DNA from: Terriglobia bacterium
Lineage (GTDB): Bacteria; Acidobacteriota; Polarisedimenticolia; Polarisedimenticolales; JAIQFR01
Direction: 5' to 3'
DNA length: 64,000 nt
Assembly: GCA_963748015.1 (NCBI GenBank)
Contig: CAVVHE010000009.1
Coordinates: 128,001-192,000 of the forward strand
The position numbers were made by a program, and so were the translations under genes. Under the pieces are notes generated by a model. It did no database searches, had not been told where the DNA came from, and worked only from the letters and a program-made list of their open reading frames with translations. Of this stretch, positions 29,699-38,106 are shown one piece after another; position 1 is the stretch's first letter; each line of letters starts with the position of its first letter.

Positions 29699-30918
29699 TC
29701 CGGCACGTGTTCCGGCTGGTGTGGAGACGCAAGCGATCGACCGGCCTGATTCTGTTCGAGATCCTGATCTGCTTCCTGGTCCTCTGCGGTATCCTGGCCA
29801 CGGGTATCTCGTTGACCTCGAGTTGGCTGAAGCCCCTGGGCTTCGACTACGAGAACGTCTGGTCGGCCGAGATCTCGGGCATGGGTTTCGGCGCCAAGGG
29901 CGACCAGCTGGAAGCCGACCGCCGGGCTCTTTCGGACATGCTCCGCGCCGTGCAGGGAATGGCCGACGTTCAAGCCGCCGCGATCTCGACGAACACCCCC
30001 TACAGCGAAAGCTCGTGGGGCGACGGGACTCGCATCGGCGGGAAGCCGGTGCACTTCCTCTGGACGCTGACCTCGACGGACCTGCCGCGCGTACTGCGAA
30101 TGCAGCTCCTCCGCGGCCGCTGGATCGAAGCAACCGACGGGGCGCTGGGCTACGAGCCGGTGGTGCTGTCCCGCTCGCTCGCTCGCGACATGTTCGGCAC
30201 CGAGGATCCGGTCGGCCGCGACATACCGGTCTTCAACGACGACGGCAAGCCGGTCGAGCCCGAGAAGGATGCCAAGATCCGCCGCGTCGTGGGGGTGATG
30301 GACGACTACCGCCGGCGCGGCATGATGGAAGAGACGCCTTACGTGATGTTCGTCGCGGTTGACTTCGAAGCCGGCAAGTCGCTTCCGCAGGAGCTCCTGA
30401 TCCGGGTGCGGCCCGGCACCACGGCCGCCTTCGAGGAAGAGCTGGTGCGCACCCTCCGGAGCGTCGCTCCCCGGTGGTCCTACGACACCACGCGAATCGA
30501 GAAGCGTCGCCGTAACCTGCAGCTGGCCCTCGTCGTGCCGCTGCTTCTGGCCGCCGTCGTCGCAGCCTTCTTGATCGCCATGGTCGGGCTGGGTCTGGTC
30601 GGAGTACTCTGGCTCGGCGTGGCCCGCAGGACCGCCGAGCTGGGCCTCCGGCGCGCGATGGGCGCAAGCGCGTCCTCGGTGCGCTGGCAGATCGTCGGCG
30701 AGCTGTGGGCCCTGACCGCCATCGCCGTCGCGGCGGGTGCCGCGATCTTTCTGCAATTGCCGCTACTCGGCGTGAACTTCGGTGCCGGGTGGTCCGTATT
30801 CTTGGGTGGGGCCGCGCTGGCCACCCTCGTGATGTACGCCGTCGTCACGTTGTGCGGGCTCCACCCGGCCTGGCTCGCCACGCGCGTGCAACCGGCGACC
30901 GCGCTGCAGTACGAGTGA
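29695..30918 (+). CDS. ABC permease (MacB/FtsX-like)
   Basis: ELGLRRAMGA motif; P..AL.YE end. Confidence 0.88.
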   Translation: MIRHVFRLVWRRKRSTGLILFEILICFLVLCGILATGISLTSSWLKPLGFDYENVWSAEISGMGFGAKGDQLEADRRALSDMLRAVQGMADVQAAAISTNTPYSESSWGDGTRIGGKPVHFLWTLTSTDLPRVLRMQLLRGRWIEATDGALGYEPVVLSRSLARDMFGTEDPVGRDIPVFNDDGKPVEPEKDAKIRRVVGVMDDYRRRGMMEETPYVMFVAVDFEAGKSLPQELLIRVRPGTTAAFEEELVRTLRSVAPRWSYDTTRIEKRRRNLQLALVVPLLLAAVVAAFLIAMVGLGLVGVLWLGVARRTAELGLRRAMGASASSVRWQIVGELWALTAIAVAAGAAIFLQLPLLGVNFGAGWSVFLGGAALATLVMYAVVTLCGLHPAWLATRVQPATALQYE

Positions 30919-30922
30919 TCGC

Positions 30923-32299
30923 ATGATCCTGATCGTGGACGACGATCGAGCTGTCCTCCACTCGCTGGAGCTGCTGCTCAAGCAGGCCGGATTCGGCCCG
31001 GTCGGTGCCGCCGACCCGAAGTCGGCGCTCGCTCACCTCGACCGGCCCGACCTCGAGCTGGTGCTCCAGGACATGAACTTCTCGCGCCAGACCACCGGAG
31101 AAGAGGGGCTCGCGCTGCTGTCCGAGATCAAGGAACGCCGTCCCGACCTGCCCGTGATCTTGATCACAGCATGGGGTTCGATCGAGCTGGCCGTCCGAGG
31201 CATGAAGGCCGGCGCGGCCGATTTCGTCACCAAGCCGTGGCAGAACGAGCAGATCGTTCGGTCGGTGCGCACCGCGCTGAAACTTGCCGCAAGCGGCGCG
31301 CGGGACACCCCGCCCTGTCCCACCCGCGAGGAGCTGGACGAGCGTTACGACTTCGGCGGGGCGCTCGGCCGGGACCCGGCGTTCGTTCGGGTGCTCGATC
31401 TCGCCGGCCGCGTGGCCGGCACCGACGCGCCGGTGCTGATCGCCGGCGACAGCGGAACCGGGAAGGAGGTCGTTGCCGGGGCGATCCACCGTAACAGCCC
31501 GCGGCGGGATCTGCCGTTCGTCAAGGTCAACCTGGGTGCCATCGCCTCCACGCTTTTCGAGAGCGAGATGTTCGGGCACGTGCGCGGCGCGTTCACCGAC
31601 GCCACGCGCGACCACGCAGGGCGGTTCGCGGCGGCCGACGGCGGTACCATCTTCCTGGACGAGATCGGCGAGCTCGACCTGCGCAATCAGGTCAAATTGC
31701 TGCGGGTGCTGCAGGATCATACTTTCGAGCCGGTGGGGTCGAGCGTCACGCGTCGGCTCGACGTTCGGGTGATTTCGGCCACCAACCGGGACCTGCGGCG
31801 GGCGGCGGCCGAGGGATCGTTTCGCGAGGACCTCCTCTACCGCATCAACCTGATCGCCCTTCACCTGCCCTCGCTGGCGCAGCGCCGGCGGGACATTCCG
31901 CTCCTCGCCCGCCACTTCCTGAGCCGCGCCGTCACGCTCTTCGGCAAGCGGGACTTCCCGAGCGCCATCTCGTCCGACGCGATGGAGTGGCTCGAGGCGC
32001 AGGACTGGCCTGGAAACGTGCGCGAGCTCGAGCAGTTCCTCTCCCGGGCCGTGCTCGTGTCCGCCGCTCCGACCCTCGACCGGGCCGCTTGCGAGCGGGT
32101 GCGGGCGATGGACGCGGCCGGGGCCGGTCACGACCCGCTTCCGCCCGTAGGCTCGATGACGATGGACGAGGTCGAGAAGGCGATGATCGAGAAGGCCCTG
32201 CGCCACCACGGCCGCAACATCAGCCGAGCCGCCGAATCCCTGGGACTCAGCCGGGCCGCGCTGTACCGCCGCCTCGAAAAGCACCGGATCGCGACGTGA
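30923..32299 (+). CDS. Sigma54-dependent response regulator (NtrC family)
   Basis: Receiver domain; GDSGTGKE; ESEMFGHVRGAFTDA; Fis-type HTH. Confidence 0.93.
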   Translation: MILIVDDDRAVLHSLELLLKQAGFGPVGAADPKSALAHLDRPDLELVLQDMNFSRQTTGEEGLALLSEIKERRPDLPVILITAWGSIELAVRGMKAGAADFVTKPWQNEQIVRSVRTALKLAASGARDTPPCPTREELDERYDFGGALGRDPAFVRVLDLAGRVAGTDAPVLIAGDSGTGKEVVAGAIHRNSPRRDLPFVKVNLGAIASTLFESEMFGHVRGAFTDATRDHAGRFAAADGGTIFLDEIGELDLRNQVKLLRVLQDHTFEPVGSSVTRRLDVRVISATNRDLRRAAAEGSFREDLLYRINLIALHLPSLAQRRRDIPLLARHFLSRAVTLFGKRDFPSAISSDAMEWLEAQDWPGNVRELEQFLSRAVLVSAAPTLDRAACERVRAMDAAGAGHDPLPPVGSMTMDEVEKAMIEKALRHHGRNISRAAESLGLSRAALYRRLEKHRIAT

Positions 32300-33609
32300 C
32301 GCTCAGGATCAGGTTCCTCGCCTATCTCGTCGTGCTGCACGTGGCCTTCGGGGCCTGCGCCGTGGTGTTCCTGCGCGACCGCCGCATCTGGCTCCTTGCC
32401 GTCGAGGCGTTCTTCGTCGTTTCGCTGGCGGGGGGCGTTTACCTCGTGCGGTCGTACTTCGGGCCGCTGAAGCTGATCGAGAGCGGCGCGCGTTACCTGC
32501 GAGACGGGGAGTTCACGACCCGCTTCCGGATGACCGGACAGGCGGACATGGATCGGCTGGTCCGTGTGTACAACCAGATGGTGGATCGCCTTCGCGAGGA
32601 GCGGGTGCGCAACGAGGAGCAGGAGATGCTGCTGCGCAAGGTGCTCGCCGTGTCCCCGGGCGGCGTGATCACCCTCGACGTGGACGGCAGGGTGGACAGC
32701 CTCAATCCGTCGGCCGAAGCGCTTCTCCAGACGACCGCCGACGCGATCGTCGGCAGGCGCATCGAGGTCCTCGACACCCCCTTCGCGCGTCGGCTGGCGG
32801 AGATCCCGACCGACGAGTCGCGACTGCTGCAGCTGCGCGGCCGCCGCCGCGTGCGCTGCCAGGCGGCGACCTTCATGGACCGCGGCTTTCCCCGCCGCTT
32901 CCTGATCCTGGACGAGCTGACCGAAGAGCTGCACCGGACCGAGAAGCACGCCTACGAGAAGCTGATCCGGATGATGAGCCACGAGGTGAACAACACGAGC
33001 GGCGCCGTTCAGTCGCTGTTGCAGTCCTGCTTGGCCTACCGAGGACAGCTTTCCGACGGAGATCGCGAGGACTTCGCGCGGGCGATCGAGGTGGCGATCC
33101 GGCGCACGGCGAACCTCGACGAGTTCATGCGCGGCTTCGCCAACGTGGTCCGCCTTCCGCGGCCAGTGCTGCGGCCGTCGAGCCCGTGGGAGATCGCGTC
33201 GCAGGTCGGTCTCCTGTTCCGCGACCGGTGCAGAGCCGCCGGGATCCGGTGGTACGAGGAGTTCGAGGCGGACCTCCCGCAGGTGAGCTGCGATCCGGTG
33301 CAGCTGGAGCAAGTGCTGGTCAACGTGATCAAGAACGCGGTCGAGGCGATCGAGGCTGCGGGTGAGCCGGGCGAGATCGTCGTCCGCGGCGGCCGGCAGG
33401 GGCGGCGCAGGTTCCTGTCGGTGGCCGACACGGGACCCGGTTTGTCTCCCGATGCGCAGGCGCAGCTCTTTACTCCCTTCCACACGACCCGCGAGAACGG
33501 CCAGGGGATCGGGCTGACGATGGTCCAGGAGATCCTGATCGCTCACGGCTTCGATTTCGCGCTGGAAAACCGCCCCACCGGCGGAGCCGAGTTCATCATC
33601 TTGTTCTGA
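32296..33609 (+). CDS. Sensor histidine kinase (HAMP/PAS)
   Basis: SHEVNN H-box, N-box NVIKNA, DTGPG, GQGIGL. Confidence 0.9.
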   Translation: MTLRIRFLAYLVVLHVAFGACAVVFLRDRRIWLLAVEAFFVVSLAGGVYLVRSYFGPLKLIESGARYLRDGEFTTRFRMTGQADMDRLVRVYNQMVDRLREERVRNEEQEMLLRKVLAVSPGGVITLDVDGRVDSLNPSAEALLQTTADAIVGRRIEVLDTPFARRLAEIPTDESRLLQLRGRRRVRCQAATFMDRGFPRRFLILDELTEELHRTEKHAYEKLIRMMSHEVNNTSGAVQSLLQSCLAYRGQLSDGDREDFARAIEVAIRRTANLDEFMRGFANVVRLPRPVLRPSSPWEIASQVGLLFRDRCRAAGIRWYEEFEADLPQVSCDPVQLEQVLVNVIKNAVEAIEAAGEPGEIVVRGGRQGRRRFLSVADTGPGLSPDAQAQLFTPFHTTRENGQGIGLTMVQEILIAHGFDFALENRPTGGAEFIILF

Positions 33610-33626
33610 GGTGGAACGCTCCGGAC

Positions 33627-33853
33627 CGTTCGCCTCCGGCGAACGCTCTTGCCGATTCGAGTCCTGGTGGAGGCATTGCCCACAACTCCAAGTCAATGTC
33701 GCACTTGGCGACGAGCACGTCGCCCTCGTCCGGGCCAGACCGGCGGACCAGCAGTCCGCTGGTCGCGGTGCAGACAAGGGCGCAACTCAAAGAACGGCAG
33801 GCACTGCGACAGCTGGCACGTGCCGCGCGAATGCGTGGAATCTGCGTCGAGTC
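33627..33853 (+). repeat. att-like junction 5: truncated insert, tRNA 3' end and right arm
   Basis: CGTTCGCCTCCGGCGAACGCTCTTGCCGATTCGAGTCCTGGTGGAGGCA (33627-33675); palindrome 33738-33764; inverted arms 33832-33853. Confidence 0.82.
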
Positions 33854-34025
33854 GGGCACCTGACTCTGGCCGGCAACGGCGAGTCGAGGCGACCAGGGCC
33901 ATTCGAGAGCCCCAGCTACCACTACTGGACTGTGCCAGTTGACTCGGGAGTTATCCTTCGCGACGTATCGAAGTGCGAATTGTACGAAGGCAGGGTTCGT
34001 CGGAACGGGCGGAGGAAGCACGGAC

Positions 34026-34139
34026 ATGACGCGACGGATGCTCGGCGGTCTTGGCGTGGTTACCGTTCTGGTGGCGGGTCTGCTTCCTGCATTCTCGGGC
34101 GGGGCCGAGGAACAGGCGAGGGGCCCGGCACCGAGTTGA
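34026..34139 (+). pseudogene. Short ORF consisting of little more than a signal peptide (gene remnant?)
   Basis: GGAGG RBS; MTRRMLGGLGVVTVLVAGLLPAFSGG then early stop. Confidence 0.3.
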
Positions 34140-34238
34140 AGTGCCAGGCCAAGTGAGGCTCCGCCCTTGGGGCGGGTGCCGAACTCGCCTGCGGTCTATC
34201 TCGGACGGTCGAGTTCACGAACGAGAGGAACGAGAGCC

Positions 34239-35279
34239 ATGGATCGAAACGCGCGTGTTACGGCCGGCTCCCGCAGGGCTGCGGCGATTCTGTTGCTCGG
34301 TGCGGTCCTTTCGGGTTGCGGCGCCCCCAGCGAGAAGGCTGCCGCGCCACGGGACCTGCAGTCGACGGCGCCCGAGTCCAGGGCTGGTTCGCGTGGGGCG
34401 GCCTCGACCGCGTCGCCAAGCCCGCTGGCGGGCACGGAGTGGCGCTTGGTGGAGATCCAGTCGATGGACGACGCGATCGGCACCTCCCGTCCGGACGACC
34501 CGGCCCGCTACACCATGCGCCTGAACGGCGACGGCACGGTCGCCATGCGACTCGACTGCAATTCCGCGAAGGGCACGTGGTCCGCCGAGGCCGGCCCCGA
34601 CCGCTTCAGCGGTCGCTTCGAGTTCGGTCCGCTCGCAGCCACCCGCGCCCTCTGCCCGCCTCCCCGTCTGGACGAGCGCATCGGTAAGGAAGCCCAGTTC
34701 GTCCGCTCCTACCTGATGAAGGACGGCCGGCTCTACTTGAGCCTCCTGGCCGATGGCGGGATCCAGGTGTGGGAGCCGCACGCCGAGGAGCCGTTCCAGA
34801 CCCAGCCCGATCCGAGCCTCGAGGCCGCCATCCTGCGGGAGTCGCCTTCCTACACCCGAGCGGTCGTCGACGTCGAGGGCAGCACCGGTAGAGGCCGCTA
34901 CGTCTATGGCCAAGTCGATCTGAACGGCGACGGCCGAGACGAGGTGTTCGTCTACCTCCTGGGTTCGTTCTTCTGCGGGACCGGCGGCTGCAATCTCCTG
35001 CTCTTCACCGATGCCCGGAGCGGGTACTCGCTGGTCAACGAGTTCTCGATCAGCCGTCTTCCGGTCATCGTCACGGCCGAAAGAACCAACGGCTGGAACG
35101 ACCTCATACGGCTGGAATCCGGCGGCGGGGCGAAGGCCTCGTACGTCCGGCACAGCTTCGACGGCAAGCGGTACGTCGAGCGGGAGCGCATGCCGGCAGA
35201 CGAGTCTCCCGAGGGCAAGAGTTACCTCGCCGGCGAGCTGACTTTCGAAAAGGGGATTCCCCTGGAGCCAGGGAAGTGA
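34239..35279 (+). CDS. META-domain lipoprotein with an additional C-terminal domain
   Basis: Lipobox LSGC; LAGTEWRLVEI..DCN..ATRALC META pattern; DLNGDG..FCGTGGC second domain. Confidence 0.78.
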   Translation: MDRNARVTAGSRRAAAILLLGAVLSGCGAPSEKAAAPRDLQSTAPESRAGSRGAASTASPSPLAGTEWRLVEIQSMDDAIGTSRPDDPARYTMRLNGDGTVAMRLDCNSAKGTWSAEAGPDRFSGRFEFGPLAATRALCPPPRLDERIGKEAQFVRSYLMKDGRLYLSLLADGGIQVWEPHAEEPFQTQPDPSLEAAILRESPSYTRAVVDVEGSTGRGRYVYGQVDLNGDGRDEVFVYLLGSFFCGTGGCNLLLFTDARSGYSLVNEFSISRLPVIVTAERTNGWNDLIRLESGGGAKASYVRHSFDGKRYVERERMPADESPEGKSYLAGELTFEKGIPLEPGK

Positions 35280-35374
35280 TCGGCGAGCCTCTCCCGCGGC
35301 GTCCCCGTCAGCCGGGATGGGAGCCGACGCGAGAGGTCGAGTGCGCGAAACACGATCCCCGGCGGTGGATGGCG

Positions 35375-36340
35375 ATGGATTCCGTGATCCGCGTTCTCGT
35401 GGCGATCCTGCTGCTCGCGATGGCGCTGGCGATGCCGGTATCCGCCCGGGCGCAGCAGGAAACCACAGCCGAGGTCGGTCGCGTCATCGGGCGGGCCATC
35501 GCCGCGGGCGTCGTGCTGTCTTCGAACGACTTCGCCGCAGCGGGCAATTACGAGGTTGACGACGATGCCGCCTCGACCTTCAGGGTCTCGCACGTCGGAT
35601 ACCGGCGGTCATTTGAAAAAGAAGGAAGGCGGTCCAGCCCGTTCCTCGACGTATCGCTGGGGCGCGTCGTGGTCGATCAGCACCTCGACCTGGGAGGGCC
35701 GGTCCGCGACGACTCGCGCTTCGACACGAAGGGCGGCCGCGTTTTCGGGGGCGTTCGCATTCCGATCCACGCGTCCTGGTTCGTTCAGGCGGGCGCGGCG
35801 CTCGAATACAGTTGGGTCGAGAGCGATCTGACCTACCGCAGCCCGGAGACGGAGGCCCTGGCCCCGATCTACGATGGCATCCTGTTCAACTGGAGGGCAG
35901 AGGCGCTCACGACCATCGGGACGGCGATCTTCGGGTACCACCGTGAGGGAGGCGAGGACCGCCTCACCGCCGACGCAGGCATCCAGTGGCTAGGCCTGCG
36001 GACCGATCCCGTCAAGGTCGACGACCCGGTCCAGGACGTAACGGTCAGCTCCGACTACGAGCGGATCTACGCCGTGTTCGACGTGCCGACCGGCGCGTCC
36101 GCGTGGAAGCGGCCCCTTCGCGTCGTGCCTTCGATCGCGTGGACCCACCTGGGAAGCGCGCTTGCCGACCCGCTGGATTCGAACGACTTCACCGAGGTCG
36201 GGTGCACGCTTGCCGCGCTGATGCGCACCGGCGGGCGCAAGTTCCCCCTGGAGCGCATCGGATTCAGCGCCAGCTACACCCATGCCGACGCGTTCGACGG
36301 CTGGAGCTTCGGCGTCATCTTCTCCCGGTGGTTCCCGTGA
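35375..36340 (+). CDS. Putative outer-membrane beta-barrel protein
   Basis: Signal peptide; alternating beta-strand pattern; aromatic C-terminus. Confidence 0.6.
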   Translation: MDSVIRVLVAILLLAMALAMPVSARAQQETTAEVGRVIGRAIAAGVVLSSNDFAAAGNYEVDDDAASTFRVSHVGYRRSFEKEGRRSSPFLDVSLGRVVVDQHLDLGGPVRDDSRFDTKGGRVFGGVRIPIHASWFVQAGAALEYSWVESDLTYRSPETEALAPIYDGILFNWRAEALTTIGTAIFGYHREGGEDRLTADAGIQWLGLRTDPVKVDDPVQDVTVSSDYERIYAVFDVPTGASAWKRPLRVVPSIAWTHLGSALADPLDSNDFTEVGCTLAALMRTGGRKFPLERIGFSASYTHADAFDGWSFGVIFSRWFP

Positions 36341-36392
36341 GCCGTTCCGTGCCGAGCCCGGCAAGTCTCACCTGAATATCACGGAACAGAGG

Positions 36393-36501
36393 AACTCGAA
36401 GCAAACTCTACGCAACGGGATGGAAACGTCGAACACCGGCGGCAGCGGTGGGCACAAGAAAGGGCGCCGATTCCGAAAAGGAAACCGGAACGCGCCCCTC
36501 G
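36393..36501 (+). repeat. Terminal degenerate left arm (no tRNA core follows)
   Basis: AACTCGAAGCA-AACTCTACGCA, then GATGGAAACG..CACCGGCGGCAGCGGTGGGCACAAGAAAGGGCGCC..TTCCGAAAAG, homologous to arms 2-4. Confidence 0.8.
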
Positions 36502-36537
36502 GTGGCCGCGTAAACCGTCCGGTCGGAGGATCCGGGG

Positions 36538-37035
36538 CTACACCGTGACGTACTTCGTACCGAGCGCGCCGCAGATCGGGCAGGACGCGGGAGGGTGCCC
36601 GAACTCGATGTGCCCGCACACCGGGCACAGGTAGAACTTGGCCTCGGTAAGGTCCTCGCCCCGCTCGACCGCCTCGAGCGCCAGGGCGTAGAGCCGGGCG
36701 TGCACCTCCTCGGCCTTCACCGCGTAGCCGAACATCCGCTTGGCCTTGTGGCCGGCGGATTCCGCCTCACCGAGCATCGGCGGGTACATCTCGGTGAACT
36801 CGTGGGTCTCGCCGGCGATCGCGGCTCGCAGGTTCTCGGCGGTCGCCCCGACGACGCCCAGGGCGGCCGCGTGCCCCTCGGCGTGGATCCGCTCGGCCTC
36901 CGCGGTGGTCCGGAACAGCCGCGCGATGTTCGCGAAGCCTTCCTGCTCGGCCTTCTTCGCGAACGCCCTGTACTTCTGGAACGCCTGGCTCTCCCCCGCG
37001 AACGCCTCCTTCAGATTGTTCTCGGTGCTCGACAT
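36538..37035 (-). CDS. rbr: Rubrerythrin
   Basis: AFAGESQA, ExxH di-iron motifs, CPVCG..CPICG rubredoxin-like domain. Confidence 0.93.
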   Translation of the reverse strand: MSSTENNLKEAFAGESQAFQKYRAFAKKAEQEGFANIARLFRTTAEAERIHAEGHAAALGVVGATAENLRAAIAGETHEFTEMYPPMLGEAESAGHKAKRMFGYAVKAEEVHARLYALALEAVERGEDLTEAKFYLCPVCGHIEFGHPPASCPICGALGTKYVTV

Positions 37036-37151
37036 GACGCCTCCTTTTCACCCGGATCCCGCACAGGGTGCCGCGATTCTCGGAGGGCATCCTAACCGAT
37101 CCCCACGTGAGACAATACGGGTACCGCGCGCGGCGCGCGCGAGGAGGACCC

Positions 37152-37859
37152 ATGAATCACGAACGGACACGGTTGCTCATCCTGGCGGGCTTGATGCTCG
37201 CGTTCGCCGCCGACGGCCTGGCCCAGACCACGCCGCCGCCCACCGTCAAGATCCCGGAGCCCGGCGTGCCCCAGATCATGACGATGGAGGGCCGGTTCGT
37301 CCGGGCGGCGTACAACAACGAGGGATACGTCATCCTCGGCTACCGGCTCGCGAACACCTCGATCGGCGGGCCGTGGCTGCTGCTCGAGGTCGGTGCCACC
37401 GTTCGAAGGGGCGTGCCGACCTACCAGCTGACCCGGGAGGCGATCTCGCTCGAAACGCCGGACGGCAAGACGATTCCCCTGGCGTCCAACGAGGCGTTCC
37501 GGGCGGCGAACCTCGCCGGCCTGCAGAAGCAGGCCGACATGATCCGCGACACGATCAACTACTTCCCGCCGGGCGCGAGTCACCAGTGCCGGATCGGGTT
37601 CTTCGCCGATGTGCAGGACCGCGGGCGCTCTTACGACCAGGTCGAGCTCAGCTCGGATCGGGCCTGCGTCGGCCGGCTCTACTTCCCGGTGGAGGGGGGA
37701 ATCCAGTACGGCCAGCACTGGCTCAACGTCAAGTTCGAGAAGACCCTCCTGCGCGTGCCCTTCCGGATCCTGACCAAGGACGAGGAGAAGTTCCTGGACA
37801 AGAACTACAAGAGCATCGAGCAGCAGGTGAAGGAGGCGTTCTCGCCGAAGAAGCCCTGA
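37152..37859 (+). CDS. Exported hypothetical protein
   Basis: GAGGAGG RBS, signal peptide, host-like codon usage. Confidence 0.75.
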   Translation: MNHERTRLLILAGLMLAFAADGLAQTTPPPTVKIPEPGVPQIMTMEGRFVRAAYNNEGYVILGYRLANTSIGGPWLLLEVGATVRRGVPTYQLTREAISLETPDGKTIPLASNEAFRAANLAGLQKQADMIRDTINYFPPGASHQCRIGFFADVQDRGRSYDQVELSSDRACVGRLYFPVEGGIQYGQHWLNVKFEKTLLRVPFRILTKDEEKFLDKNYKSIEQQVKEAFSPKKP

Positions 37860-38106
37860 CGAACGCGCCGGAAGGGGGGCGACACGATGGGCTATTTTCG
37901 GGAGTAGCTCGTCGACGTCCGGGCCCGGACGCCCCCGGTCTCGGAAACGAGACAACGAGGCCCCTTATTCATTCCGATCCGCCGCCCGCCCCCTTTCGTT
38001 TCCCCCCCACCTGTGTCATCGTGCACCACCCATGACCCGCAGTTCCGCATGCCCGCGCGACCTTCCGGCCGCGAAGTCGTACCCGTCATCTTCCCGAGGA
38101 GGAACC

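Larger units (their letters stand above)
10000..36501. mobile_element. tRNA-anchored tandem array of integrative cassettes (genomic island); no integrase seen
   Basis: Repeated tRNA 3'-half copies at 10041, 13558, 17297, 19942 and ~33650, with conserved flanking arms; last arm at 36393. Confidence 0.8.

Noticed and set aside
10000..36501. CRISPR array or classical integron (attC) reading of the repeats
   Set aside because: Repeats are tRNA-derived and kilobases apart; no cas genes, no intI and no attC R-box (RYYYAAC/GTTRRRY) structure are seen.
10082..36501. Integrase or transposase gene within the array
   Set aside because: No ORF shows tyrosine recombinase R..HxxR..Y, serine recombinase or DDE motifs by eye; a remote homologue cannot be excluded without HMM searches.
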